DNA of 64,000 bases from a virus (taxonomy: Duplodnaviria; Caudoviricetes). Below the pieces are notes generated by a model that was not told the origin of the DNA, did no database searches, and worked only from the letters and a program-made list of their open reading frames with translations. The first letter of the stretch is position 1; each line of letters opens with the position of its first letter. The DNA lies in the IMG/VR virus record IMGVR_UViG_3300024346_000016, positions 55,500-119,499 of that record. One strand, 5' to 3'. Made by a program: the position numbers and the translations under genes. Positions 9,693 to 21,620 of the stretch are shown piece by piece.

Positions 9693-11159
9693 ATGGCACT
9701 AATTAAAGGTAAACAACTACAAGATACGTCAGTTTCACTAACTAAGCTGAGCGGCGCAACTGGTTCAGTTACGTTAACTACTGGTACAATTACCACACCT
9801 GCTGCAAACTTAGTAATAAGTAGCTTACCAATATCTGGAAGTCAAGCAGCAAACAAAGAATATGTCGATTCGGTTGCAACTGGATTAGATATAAAAAAAT
9901 CAGTAGTGGCAGTTTATCGCACATCAGTTGCAGCAGCAGGCGGTACTCCAGCTATATCTACTAACAGCCAGCTAGACGGAGTCGACGCAGATGATGGTAA
10001 CGTGTATACAGCTATTATCACACAGGCGGATATCAGTTTCCTTGTACTTGACGGTATTACCATTACCGACGGTGATCGTGTCCTAATTGCAATTTCACCA
10101 GGCGGTGTTCGCCAAAAGGTAAATGGTATTTACGTATATCAAGGCAGTAAATTAATTAGAGCCCAAGATGCTGATAACGTAACTGCAAATATTGGAGAAG
10201 TTTCTGGCGGATTATTTACCTTTGTTGAGCAAGGAACAGTATATGGCGACACTGGTTGGGTATTAAGTTCACCAAACGGAGCAATTAGCGGCCAGACTGG
10301 CGCTGCTGGTTTATATGACTTTACCAATAACCCAGCTGGACTGGTTCAACTTGAATTTACTCAATTCTCTGCAGCCGGTGTTGCTGAAGCTGGTGTTGGT
10401 TTAACAAGAACTGGTACCAAATTTAATGTAAACTACGACGACTCTTCAATTGGTATTGATGGTGCAGATGCTTTATACATTAAAGCCGACGGTGTAACCA
10501 ATGCAATGTTGCTGAATGATTACATAAATATTATAGGAGACGGCGGCGGAAATGGTAATATTGCGCTAGGCGGATCATTAACAATCGCAGGTAATACTGG
10601 TATTGATACTTCAATGACTGCAGGTCTATTATCAATTGACTTAGACCTTTCTGAATTAACTACCGTTACTACAATTGCAGATGCTGACTTTATTGTTACT
10701 TCTAGAGCAACCACTCCAGCAAACCAAAAAATTACATTTGCTAATCTTAAAACCTTAATTGGAGCTGCTAGTCAGTTAAGTATCAGCGCCGAAGGTGCTA
10801 CTGCGTCTAGTTTAGATTTAGATACAGATACTTTAGATTTTGCAACTGGTCAAGGTTTAACCTTTGCTGCAACAGGCGGTGCTGCTCCTGGTACAACAAA
10901 TACACTTACCTTAACCGTTAGTAATAATGCACTAAACGTTCAACAATCAACTTCATATACAACCGCTGCCTTGGGCAATACTGATATTACGATAACAGCT
11001 GCTGCCGAGGTATTTTCAGTTACTATAAACGGAGTAATGTTAAAGAAAACTACAAACTGGGTATGGCCGCAGGGTGCAAACACAGTAGTTCGAGTAACAG
11101 GATTACCATATGCTCTAGAAGCATCTGATGAAATCGAAATTACTTATAGAGTAGCTTAA
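9693..11159 (+). CDS. Fibre / decoration protein
   Basis: 'AANKEYVD..ATGLDIKKSV...LDGITITDGDRVL...NGIYV...RAQDAD...GLFTFVEQGT...FTQFS' is a common phage fibre module. TAAATA at 9661-9666. Confidence 0.65.
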   Translation: MALIKGKQLQDTSVSLTKLSGATGSVTLTTGTITTPAANLVISSLPISGSQAANKEYVDSVATGLDIKKSVVAVYRTSVAAAGGTPAISTNSQLDGVDADDGNVYTAIITQADISFLVLDGITITDGDRVLIAISPGGVRQKVNGIYVYQGSKLIRAQDADNVTANIGEVSGGLFTFVEQGTVYGDTGWVLSSPNGAISGQTGAAGLYDFTNNPAGLVQLEFTQFSAAGVAEAGVGLTRTGTKFNVNYDDSSIGIDGADALYIKADGVTNAMLLNDYINIIGDGGGNGNIALGGSLTIAGNTGIDTSMTAGLLSIDLDLSELTTVTTIADADFIVTSRATTPANQKITFANLKTLIGAASQLSISAEGATASSLDLDTDTLDFATGQGLTFAATGGAAPGTTNTLTLTVSNNALNVQQSTSYTTAALGNTDITITAAAEVFSVTINGVMLKKTTNWVWPQGANTVVRVTGLPYALEASDEIEITYRVA

Positions 11160-11184
11160 TTTAACTATTAAATATTTTTTAAAT

Positions 11185-11211
11185 AAGAGCCTCCTTTATG
11201 GAGGCTTTTTT
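11185..11211 (+). terminator. Rho-independent terminator
   Basis: AGCCTCC-tttat-GGAGGCT followed by a T-run. Confidence 0.8.
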
Positions 11212-11235
11212 ATTATTCAAAGTCAAAACTTGGAG

Positions 11236-11243
11236 TATAAATA
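11236..11243 (+). promoter_or_regulatory. T4-type late promoter TATAAATA
   Basis: Exact T4 late consensus just after a terminator and upstream of ORF 11270. Confidence 0.65.
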
Positions 11244-11269
11244 TCTATAGAAAAGATACAAACTCATAA

Positions 11270-11698
11270 ATGGCTCAAGTTAAACTAAAACAAGTTAATA
11301 TCAGTACTCACATGACGTATAACGAAACGTCTGGAGATATTAGTCATAATGGTAATTTTTCAGCTGTTACCAAGCAGTTCTTAATTGACCATCCAACCAA
11401 GCCAGGTTTTAAACTTGCGCACGGTAACTTAGAAGGCCCCGAACATGGCATCTACCTTAGAGGAAAGAGTGAAGCTAAACGTATCTTTTTTCCAGAATAT
11501 TGGGCAAGCTTAGCAAACGCGGACTCAATCACAGTTACAATTACACCATTCGGTAAATCTCAATCGTTGTGGATTAAACATATTACTGATACTTATTTTG
11601 AAGTAGCAGGCTCGCACAAGCCAACTTTTTTTTATTTAGTGCAGGCTGAACGTAAAGATGTTAAACCATTACAAATTGAGATAGACATGAATAAATAA
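11270..11698 (+). CDS. Short protein consisting mostly of a fibre C-terminal intramolecular-chaperone-like domain
   Basis: 'KQFLIDHPTKPGFKLAHGNLEGPEHGIYLRGK...PEYW..L......VTITP.G...FFYLVQAERKD' usually ends long phage fibres. Confidence 0.55.
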   Translation: MAQVKLKQVNISTHMTYNETSGDISHNGNFSAVTKQFLIDHPTKPGFKLAHGNLEGPEHGIYLRGKSEAKRIFFPEYWASLANADSITVTITPFGKSQSLWIKHITDTYFEVAGSHKPTFFYLVQAERKDVKPLQIEIDMNK

Positions 11699-11719
11699 TT
11701 CAAATAGTCTATTACATAC

Positions 11720-14700
11720 GTGGCGCAAACGGTCAAGATAACTCCCGCATCCGGTTTATTAGAATTCATAGGTAATACTACGTCGAACAAACCGTATCTA
11801 CAGCATGATGATAATGGCAATCTTACATTAACTCTACAGGCGACTAAAAAATTCACAGTTGCCGGCAATCTTAAGGTTAATGGTAAGGTTACAATGGCTC
11901 AGCAAACCCTGACTGATGGCGCAGCTATTACTTGGGACTTTAACTCTGGAGCAAATGCAAAGGTAACCATTGCTGGAGCTAGAACGTTAGTACTTTCCAA
12001 TATGGAAACTGGCGATACTGGTTTAATCTTAGTTAAACAAGATGCAGCCGGTAGCCGAACCCTAACCCTGCCAGGCTCAAGTTCAATTGTTGGCGGCGGT
12101 ACCTATACAGCTTCGCCTGCAGCCGGTGCAACCGATGTCTTAGGCGTTTACTATGATGGTACAACTTATTGGTGGACGATTGGTTATAATACAGTATCGC
12201 CGCCCATAACTTCAATTGGAATTACTGGTGCAGATTTTACAATTGCAAACTCACCATTAACAGCAAACGGCAATATAGGATTAGCCTTAGCAACAGTTAA
12301 CTCAACAGTTGGAACATTTGGTTCAGCGACAGCAGTGCCCGTAATTACAGTTAATGCCAAAGGTTTAGTTACTGCAGTATCTGCAACTAATATTTCAATT
12401 CCAACAAACTTAGACAGCTTAACTGATGTTACAATAACATCGGCTGCTACTGGTCAATTATTACAATTTAATGGATCACAATGGGTTAATTGGACTCCAA
12501 ATTATATTACTTTAACTTCTTTAAGTGGAAGCACAGGTATTAGTTATAACAATACAACTGGTGCTATTAGTTCTACAATAACACAATATACAGATGCTTT
12601 GGCTAGAGCTGCTCATAGCTTTACGGCAGGCAGTGGCGCGTATAACGCTACAACTGGAGTTATAACAATACCTACGAATACTAATCAGTTAACAAATGGT
12701 GCAGGTTACATCACGTCTTATGCAGAAACAGATACCCTTGCAAGCGTAACTGGTCGAGGCGCAACCACAAATACGGCTTCTGTATTTGCAGGCGGATTAT
12801 ACGCGCGAAAAGCTCAAGGTGACGGCGATTATACAACAGCAGCTCTTTGGACTGAATCATATAACAACACAACGACCGGTATAGCATTTCATATTAGTGG
12901 CGTGGTTGGTAAGTTCTTGGAAATGAGGCTAGACCAAAGACTATATTGGGATAACTCACAAGTATGGACCGCAGGCAACTTAACTAACCTAAACCAATTA
13001 TCAAATGGTCCGGCTTATATTACAACGGCTGCTCTTTCTGGATATGCAACTCAAACCTACGTAAACACAGCTGTTTCTAACTTGGTTGCATCGGCACCTA
13101 GTACACTAGACACACTTAACGAATTAGCTACCGCATTAGGTAATGATGCTAATTTTGCTACCACAATTACCACATCAATAGGAAACAAAGTTTCTAAGAG
13201 TGGTGATACAATGACTGGTAATCTTGCCTTTGGCGCAACCTCTGGATTAGGCCTTACTTGGGGATTAAACACAGATGCCGCATTTATTAAATTTATATCA
13301 ACCGGCAACCAGGCTGGAGGATCTTACCTTGAAATTGGTACACAGGATGACTCAAACGAAGAAATTAAGTTTACTCAATCTGGAGTTCTTAAATTTTATT
13401 TAGCAACTGACGGTAATTTAAAAACTGGCTCAGGTTACAATTACGTTTGGGAAAACGGCACTTGGGCAATTGGTATTTCTGGAAACGCTGCTACAGCAAC
13501 CAATGTAGCATGGACTGGAGTAACAGGCAGACCTACTGCTCTTTCTCAATTCTCTAATGACTTAGGAAACTATGGAGGCTGGCTAACTCAAGCAGCAGCT
13601 AATCCACTATATGTTAATGTGGGTGGAGACACAATGACTGGACCTTTAGTAATTACTGGTTCAACTAGCGGCCAGGAATTATTTGCAGTAAACGGAGTTA
13701 ACGGCAGACTGTTCACAGTAAGTGATGATCTTTCAAATTCTTTATTTTCAGTAAATACTGTAGCCGGTCTTCCTGTAATCGAAGCCTTTGCCAATAATAC
13801 TGTTAATATTGGACCTTTTTCTGCGCCTATTGTAATTAATGCAAGTGGAATCTCTACGCCAAGTCATGGTACTTCCGCGAATTGGAATTCTGCATATAAT
13901 GATACAATAACTTCAGCTGCAGTTAGTGGAACAACCTCAAAAACCCTAACTCTTACTCAAAGAGATGGAGGCACAGTAACTGCAACGTGGACAGATATCG
14001 ATACCGATACAAATACTGATGCTCAGACATTAAGTGTTAGTGGATCAACTCTTACCATTAGCGGAGGTAACTCAATTACTTTGCCAACCGGCGGTATTTC
14101 ACAAGCAACAGCAGACGGGCTATACGTTAATATAAGTGGAGATGAAATGACAGGAAATCTGTATATTTCTCCAATTAGTGCTAACCCAGCACAAATTCAA
14201 TTAGCTGGATCTAATCCAGAATTATATGTTAGTGCTAAAACTGGAACTGCCAGGGTATTCATTAGCCGACAAGGAACAGGGCATCAAGCAACGCTGATGT
14301 TTATGACTGGCATGGGCACATATCAAGGAACTGCTTGGGATTACACAGGAGCACCAATGTGGTCGATGGGAATGACCAATAATGCTAATACTAATAGTTT
14401 TAAACTTGGATATGGCGATATTTATGATCCAACTGTAGTTGCACTTGAAATAACTACTGCAAATACTGCGTATTTTAAATATGTACCATATGCAGCCGGA
14501 AACCTATTAGCAACTCAATCATGGGTAACTTCTCAGGGTTACATAACTGGTTACACTGAGACTGATACTCTAGCGAGTGTAACAGGTAGAGGCGCAACCA
14601 CGTCAACTGCTTTATCTTTAAATGGAAAAGTTACTTTTTCAAGTACAGTTGCAAATAGGCCACAATTCCCTGGTGGTATTTTAGGATTAGATACAAGCGA

Positions 14701-16861
14701 TGGCAACTTTGATATATGGGGTATTTCTAGAGACTATTATCCATCTCATCCAACTCCACAAAATGCATGGGGTTTAAGATGGAATGGTGACAATAATGAT
14801 TTTGAATTCGTAGGCGCTGGAACTAGCCGAGTTATTTTAGATATGGACGGTGGTAATATTACAACTACTGGGAAAATAAGTGTAGGCACAACATACGCAG
14901 GATTTGCTGCTAACATAGCAGGAACGGTGTACATAATAGGTGGAGATTTATTTTTATCTGATGGATATTTAGTTAGAAATGCTTCAAATAATTCAAGTAT
15001 AGCATTTAATAATTCTGCATTATCGTTTACAGGAGCTGCTACGTTTAGTTCAACTATTTCTGCTTCTAACTTTAGTGGTACACATAGTGGAGCATCTTCA
15101 GGAACCAATACTGGAGATCAAACAAATATTTCGGGTAATGCAGCGACTGCGACCTATGCAACATCAGCTGGTAATGCTGCTACGGCTGGATATTCAGATG
15201 AAGCAAAATGGATTTCTTTTCCAGACGGACCGAGAGATTTAAGTGACAGATTACCAAACTGGAATAATAGGTCGGTAGCTTGGGATTTTGTTGGTGCCGG
15301 TACAGCAAATGGTTCTGGAAACTACGGTGGTGTAATGACATTTTCACCATGGGATGGTACAAGTGGAAGTACTGGAGACTCATCTTATCAACTTGCCTTT
15401 GCTAATACTACAGGTGTAAATGCTAGTGGACAACCTAAACTTAGTATTAGAAACGGAATTAATTCTACTTGGAATGCTTGGTATACACTTATCCATTCTG
15501 GTAATATTGGTTCGCAATCTGTAAGCTATGCTACTACAGCAGGTGCTCTAACATCAATGAATATCTCGCAGTTTACTAATAACTCTGGATATTTAACTTC
15601 AGTATCAGACATTTGGGTTGACCTTGCAGGTGATACTATGACCGGTATTTTAAGATCTAGTTATAATACAGCAACCGGTATCGCAAACAATGGATTTAAT
15701 GTTGCCAAAACAATTATTGGTAATTTTCATATTCGAAATGGTAACGGCACAAGCGGCAATAATGCTCAGGCTGCTATTACTTTCCAAGGAGGAGCTGCCG
15801 GAGAAGCCCAAGCAGGTATTTATGTTTCAAATAATGATAGTACTGGAACAGCAATGGGATTTGCAACTACAGATTCTTATTCAACCGGTCCACAATTATT
15901 TATGGCTGCTACGTGTTTTGGTGTTGTCAATTTTCCAAGAGCTACTCCTACTGTTCAAGGTAATACTGTATGGCATGCAGGAAATGATGGAGCTGGTTCT
16001 GGATTAGATGCAGATTTACTAGATGGATATACTTCAGATACTGCAGCAAACGTAAATACAATTGTACGAAGAGACTCTAGTGGAAATATCTATTCAAACT
16101 ACGTCTTAGGGTCTTATTTTAATGCTTCTGCTGGTAACTCAGAAAACCCAACAATTGGTCAAATTTGGACACAAAATACAAGCGATAACTACTTAAGAAA
16201 ATCTACGCCCGGTCACTTTAGAAGTCAGGTTACAGATAGCTACTACTTATCACTAAGTGGCGGTACCCTTAGCGGAAACTTAAATATTATCGGCGAACTT
16301 GCATTTAGAGACGGAGCTGGAGGCTATTCTAATATAATTCGAGCAGCAGCTTATCCAAGCGAAGGTTATCCAAATGGTACTAATTATTGGATGGAATACC
16401 GTGCATACGGTGGACATCATTTTGTCCTAAATACAGACGGCGGAGTAGGCGGCGGTGCAAATACAATGGATGATTTCGTTATATGGCAAGGTGCAATTGA
16501 TGGAGACCGTTTACTTGAAGTAAGTAATACTGGAACCCTAACAATCGCAGATCGATTAATAGAATTATCTTCTATCAGATATAAAACTCAAGTTGAGTCC
16601 TTAACTCCAGCTCTAGATAAAGTCTTACAACTAAGACCAGTTCACTATGTTAAAATTGGTGGAACTGGCGAAACTGAAATTGGTTTAATTGCGGAAGAGG
16701 TTGCTGAAATCTATCCTGAATTAGTTAAATATAATAGTGAAGGTCAAGTTGATGGTATTAACTATACCCGTATTGCGCCAATCTTAATTAAGACAATTCA
16801 AGAACAGCATGAAATAATTAAAAAATTAACCGAGAGAATTGAAAATCTTGAAAATAGATAA
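11720..16861 (+). CDS. Long tail fibre with C-terminal peptidase S74 intramolecular chaperone
   Basis: 1713 aa, GTG start, Gly/Thr-rich mosaic modules. C-terminal 'SSIRYK...LRPVHY...IGLIAEEV...PELV...INYTRIAPILIKTIQEQ' plus coiled coil. Confidence 0.85.
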   Translation: MAQTVKITPASGLLEFIGNTTSNKPYLQHDDNGNLTLTLQATKKFTVAGNLKVNGKVTMAQQTLTDGAAITWDFNSGANAKVTIAGARTLVLSNMETGDTGLILVKQDAAGSRTLTLPGSSSIVGGGTYTASPAAGATDVLGVYYDGTTYWWTIGYNTVSPPITSIGITGADFTIANSPLTANGNIGLALATVNSTVGTFGSATAVPVITVNAKGLVTAVSATNISIPTNLDSLTDVTITSAATGQLLQFNGSQWVNWTPNYITLTSLSGSTGISYNNTTGAISSTITQYTDALARAAHSFTAGSGAYNATTGVITIPTNTNQLTNGAGYITSYAETDTLASVTGRGATTNTASVFAGGLYARKAQGDGDYTTAALWTESYNNTTTGIAFHISGVVGKFLEMRLDQRLYWDNSQVWTAGNLTNLNQLSNGPAYITTAALSGYATQTYVNTAVSNLVASAPSTLDTLNELATALGNDANFATTITTSIGNKVSKSGDTMTGNLAFGATSGLGLTWGLNTDAAFIKFISTGNQAGGSYLEIGTQDDSNEEIKFTQSGVLKFYLATDGNLKTGSGYNYVWENGTWAIGISGNAATATNVAWTGVTGRPTALSQFSNDLGNYGGWLTQAAANPLYVNVGGDTMTGPLVITGSTSGQELFAVNGVNGRLFTVSDDLSNSLFSVNTVAGLPVIEAFANNTVNIGPFSAPIVINASGISTPSHGTSANWNSAYNDTITSAAVSGTTSKTLTLTQRDGGTVTATWTDIDTDTNTDAQTLSVSGSTLTISGGNSITLPTGGISQATADGLYVNISGDEMTGNLYISPISANPAQIQLAGSNPELYVSAKTGTARVFISRQGTGHQATLMFMTGMGTYQGTAWDYTGAPMWSMGMTNNANTNSFKLGYGDIYDPTVVALEITTANTAYFKYVPYAAGNLLATQSWVTSQGYITGYTETDTLASVTGRGATTSTALSLNGKVTFSSTVANRPQFPGGILGLDTSDGNFDIWGISRDYYPSHPTPQNAWGLRWNGDNNDFEFVGAGTSRVILDMDGGNITTTGKISVGTTYAGFAANIAGTVYIIGGDLFLSDGYLVRNASNNSSIAFNNSALSFTGAATFSSTISASNFSGTHSGASSGTNTGDQTNISGNAATATYATSAGNAATAGYSDEAKWISFPDGPRDLSDRLPNWNNRSVAWDFVGAGTANGSGNYGGVMTFSPWDGTSGSTGDSSYQLAFANTTGVNASGQPKLSIRNGINSTWNAWYTLIHSGNIGSQSVSYATTAGALTSMNISQFTNNSGYLTSVSDIWVDLAGDTMTGILRSSYNTATGIANNGFNVAKTIIGNFHIRNGNGTSGNNAQAAITFQGGAAGEAQAGIYVSNNDSTGTAMGFATTDSYSTGPQLFMAATCFGVVNFPRATPTVQGNTVWHAGNDGAGSGLDADLLDGYTSDTAANVNTIVRRDSSGNIYSNYVLGSYFNASAGNSENPTIGQIWTQNTSDNYLRKSTPGHFRSQVTDSYYLSLSGGTLSGNLNIIGELAFRDGAGGYSNIIRAAAYPSEGYPNGTNYWMEYRAYGGHHFVLNTDGGVGGGANTMDDFVIWQGAIDGDRLLEVSNTGTLTIADRLIELSSIRYKTQVESLTPALDKVLQLRPVHYVKIGGTGETEIGLIAEEVAEIYPELVKYNSEGQVDGINYTRIAPILIKTIQEQHEIIKKLTERIENLENR

Positions 16862-19800
16862 CTAATATGGCACAATTAATATCAGGAACTACAATTGCTG
16901 GACACAGCGCGATCCATGCTGGAAACCTATCGGCTCACAGCATTGCGACAACGTCTTATGTTACAACGCAAATTAATAACTTAATTAATGGTGCCCCTGG
17001 AGCGCTAGATACTCTTAACGAGTTGGCCGCTGCATTAGGTAATGATGCTGGTTTTTCAACAACAATTACAAATTCAATTGCTAGCAAATTATCACTAAGC
17101 GGTGGTACCATGACGGGTAATATTAATTGGGGACAAACCGATCGCGGTCTTGTTTGGAGTATGAATACAGATGGTGCCTATATTAAATTTTTTAATACTG
17201 GAGATGGAGATACTAATTCAAGACTAGAATATGCAACATCTGATAATGGCGATGAATATCATAGATTTTTAGTAGCTGGAATTGAAAGAATGACAATTAC
17301 CGCAAATGGTATTTCTGCAACAGGTTATAATAAATCAAATTGGGACACTGCATATGGATGGGGTAACCATGCTGGATTATACTCAGCAGCTTCGCATAAT
17401 CACGATGGAAGATACTTATTACTTTCAGGAGGAACCTTAACCGGCGACCTGCTTTCAACTCATCCATACTACCCAGGTTATAATAATGCAGCCGTTGGTT
17501 CACAAGGTTCTTATTACCTATATGGTGCCACTGGAAATTCTGGTATTAGAACTAATGGTAATTTCTTAGCCAATGGAGATATTTACTTAGGAACTAGAGG
17601 ACAATGGCTTTCTACTTATCTAAATCAAAATGTTAGAACAGATAGCTCACCATCATTTAGTAGCGTATACGTAGGCGGCTCTCAATTAACTGGAACTCAA
17701 GTTAATGGCTTATCTAATATGCTTGGTGTTACAACTCTACCCTATTCATGTGATATTACAGTCGGCGGCGACCCAGACAAATTTTATGCTGTTCAGTTTT
17801 GGGGAGGAGATCAAGATGTTTGGAGAAGAATTATTATTAAAAGAGGATATGGCGAAACCGCGCCTTGGGATCCAATTGGAACAGGTGCACACCATGGCGG
17901 TCTTCTATTAGATTGGGAAGGTAATTTTGGCGGATGGGGCGGTGCCGAATATGCAGATCGATTAAGAGTATTTAATGAATCATATACAAATGTCTGTGCA
18001 GATATGTTTATCTACAGTCATTCAATGAGTTATGTGTTTATGCTTAGGGGTGGTGGAGCAGTTTATCACCTATTTTCTGATCAACCAATTAATGGTTATT
18101 ACCAAGCAGGTTCGCCTGATATTTTATATAGTTCAAGTACATTATCGTATGACGATGCATGGTCTGGTACAAATCAATATGATGTTTATGCTCCTACACC
18201 TTTAGCGCTTAATCAGGTTAACTCAACAAGAATTGACGGTCTTAGAACTAAAAAGCAATCTCTTTTAGATGGTAGATATGCAGCAATCTCGCATTCGCAT
18301 ACATTTGCTTCATTAACAAGTAAACCAACTACAATTAGTGGTTATGGAATTACAGATGCGATTACTACAGCAAACATTGGGTCTCAATCTGTAAGTTACG
18401 CTACTACATCGGGTGCGTTAACTTCCATGAATATTTCTCAATTTACAAATAACTCTGGTTATATTACAGGATATACAGAAACAGACACTTTAGCTAGTGT
18501 AACAGGTCGTGGGAATACTACAACTAGCTCAATGGCTATTGGTTCTGTGTCTATTCCTAATGGTAAATTATATGTCAATAGTGGATCTGGGTCAGATGTT
18601 GTTGCATTACAAAATACTCTCAATACAGGGGCGTATTTAGTATTTGCTGATAATGTTACTCCAACTTGGGCTAACGCTCCAAGACTAGGTGCTATTAGCA
18701 ATGACATGGTGTTTAAAACACTTGATACTGAGCGTTTTAGAATAGCATCTACAGGTGCATCTACATTTACTGGACCTTCTTTAACAATAAACACTACAAG
18801 TGATATAGTTGCTAATGGTGACACCTTCCGTATGAAAGGTGGTGGAGGCTCTGCTGAATTTATATGGTATAGAAATTACTCAGGTAGTCCTTCTGAACCT
18901 GGTTTTGTAATTAATAATAGAGCAGGTACTACTACATTTAGCCATAATGTAAATGGAGGTGGTACAAGTGTAAGTGGTAATTTTTCTGCTGCTAACTTTA
19001 GTGGAGCATCCTCTGGAACCAATACTGGAGATCAGACAAATATTTCTGGTAATGCAGCAACAGCTACTAATGTAGCTTGGACAGGAGTAACTAGTAGACC
19101 TACGACATTGTCTCAGTTTACAAATGATTTAGGTAACTATGGCGGTTGGATTACAGGTTATACTGAAACTATTGGTACCAATAATACCTCTGGTGTTGCT
19201 GGCGCAAAATATCAAATTAATGACACTTGGTTACGGGTTAACAGTGATAACCGTCAATTTCAAATATATGGAAATGCTAGATCCATTATCTATCGAACCG
19301 ATGGTGTAACCAATGACCATGGAGGAGGAGATTATCCTCACATATTCTACTACGGTGGTTCGACTGATGCTTCGCGCCTTGTTATATTTGGAACTAATGG
19401 CGATATTTGGATGCGATACGCTGGAGACTGGATTTCCAACCTATTGGCTGCTAAATCGAATACAGGTCACACTCATGATGACAGATACTATACAGAAACT
19501 GAGGTTAATAATTTCTTTAGTGCTGCAACTGCAATTACAGGTTATAACAAATCAAATTGGGATATTGCCTATAATAAGAGACCTACTGCAATTTCATTTA
19601 GTGGTACTGGTACAAAAACCTTAACCTTAACTCAAGGAGATGGTTCAACCTTAACGGCTGCGTTTAATGATATTGATACAGATACAAATACTGACGGCCA
19701 AACCCTAAGTCTTAGTGGAAATACCCTAAGTATTTCAGGCGGAAACTCAGTTACTCTTACTTCGGGTGGAATATCACAAGGCACAGCAGACTCACTTTAC

Positions 19801-21620
19801 GTTAATGTAAGTGGAGATACAATGACTGGTCCATTAAATATAGTAGGATCAACCGACGGTCAAGATCTGCTTGCAGTTAATGGTTTTAATGGTAGACTTT
19901 TTACCGTAACGGATTCAGTTCTTGATACAATTTATAGCGTTAACACAATTGCAGGTTTACCTATTTTAGAGGTACTTGCAAATAATACAGTTAGAATAGG
20001 TAAATATGGTGCAAATTCTATTACCATTGCAAATAGTAATATTGCAATCAATAGTGATTCAGTTGATGCTAAATTTCCATTTTACGTAAGCGATAGAAGT
20101 ACTGCTACGGCTAGATATAATTTAACTAATCCTGGTATGGGATTCAACCTAGCTGACTCCTATGCTCAGCTACAACTATACGGAACAGCCGGTGCATATA
20201 TTGACTTTACAACAGGTGCAAATGATTATCAAGGTCGAATTATGTGGACAGGTTCAGCATTTTCGATTACTGGAAATATATCAGCAACAAACTTTAGCGG
20301 TTCCTCTTCTGGTACCAATACCGGAGACCAAACTAATATTTCAGGTACAGCTAGTAATATTACAGCATATACAATTAATCAAAGTGTTGGAACAGGTAAC
20401 GCCCCTACATTTACAAATATTTACAATAATGGGTGGTTCCGAAATAATAATAACCTAGAAGGTCTCTATAATCAGGCAAATGGCAACCACTTTTATTCAA
20501 GAGGTGCTGCTAAATGGGGTATAACTGGAGCAGGCGGAAATATCCATCTAGAATTCAGAAGTAATCATGAATCAACCCTTAGAGGAGTAGTCTATGCCGA
20601 TACAAGTAATCAAATTGGATTCCTTAATAATGGAGAAGGCTGGTCACTAAGAGCTAATAGTAGTAATAATGTATTTGTTCATGGAACAGATCTTACAATA
20701 AATGCAGATGGTGCCGGCTCATCAAATATCAATATGAATGATGGTGATGAAGGTAATCGTATTATTCACTGTAACTCAAACCGTATTGGATTCTTAACTC
20801 AAGCTGGAAGCTGGGGAGCATATTGTGATGATAGTGGTAACTGGGCAGCAGCTAACTTTAGTGGAAGTTCTTCTGGTACAAATACTGGAGACCAAACAAA
20901 TATTTCTGGATATTCTCAATTATTATATTTTAGTGGAAGTAGTGGAAAGGCTATTATGGATGGACTTTGGGCAGGTGGAGGCGCCTATCCTGGTTATCAG
21001 TTTACTGGAGGAAACTCTAGATTCGGATTTAGTTCAACGAGTGGTGTAGTTGATGTATATGCAGATGGTAATTTTTATGCAACTGATAGTTCACATCTAG
21101 TATTACATGCTGGAAATTATAATTCATATTCACCAACCTTAACTGGAGGTAATGCCTCAGGTACTTGGGGAATCAATGTAACTGGCTCAGCTGGATCAGT
21201 AGCATGGACCAATGTAAGTTCTCGTCCTACTGCTCTTTCTCAATTCTCTAATGACTTAGGAAATTACGGAGGGTGGGCTCTCACTTCTCATTTGCACGAT
21301 GATAGATACTTTTTTAATCGTGGTTTTACTTCACCATATCCAGGTGAAGATGCTAATGCTATGACTGAAAACCGAGCAGCCTTTACCTACTCTAATAACG
21401 CACCTCTTACTGGATGTATAGCATACTTTCCAGCATCAGGATATGGAATTCAATTAAACGGAGACTACCAAGGAGATTCCTTTTCTATGAGAAGTAGAAA
21501 TGGTGACGCTGGTACATGGAGACCTTGGAAGAGATTACTAACGGATTACAACTACAATAGCTATAGCCCAACTCTTACAGGCACAGGAGCATCAGGGACT
21601 TGGGTGATCAACGTAACAGG
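12725..21620 (+). repeat. Dispersed short peptide/DNA modules shared within and between the two tail fibres
   Basis: [12 protein letters not shown] x3 (~12725, 14558, 18478). [14 protein letters not shown] x4 (~15095, 19008, 20305, 20867). [21 protein letters not shown] x3 (~13505, 19072, 21199). [14 protein letters not shown] x2. [28 protein letters not shown] x2. [13 protein letters not shown] x2. [20 protein letters not shown] x2. Confidence 0.85.
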
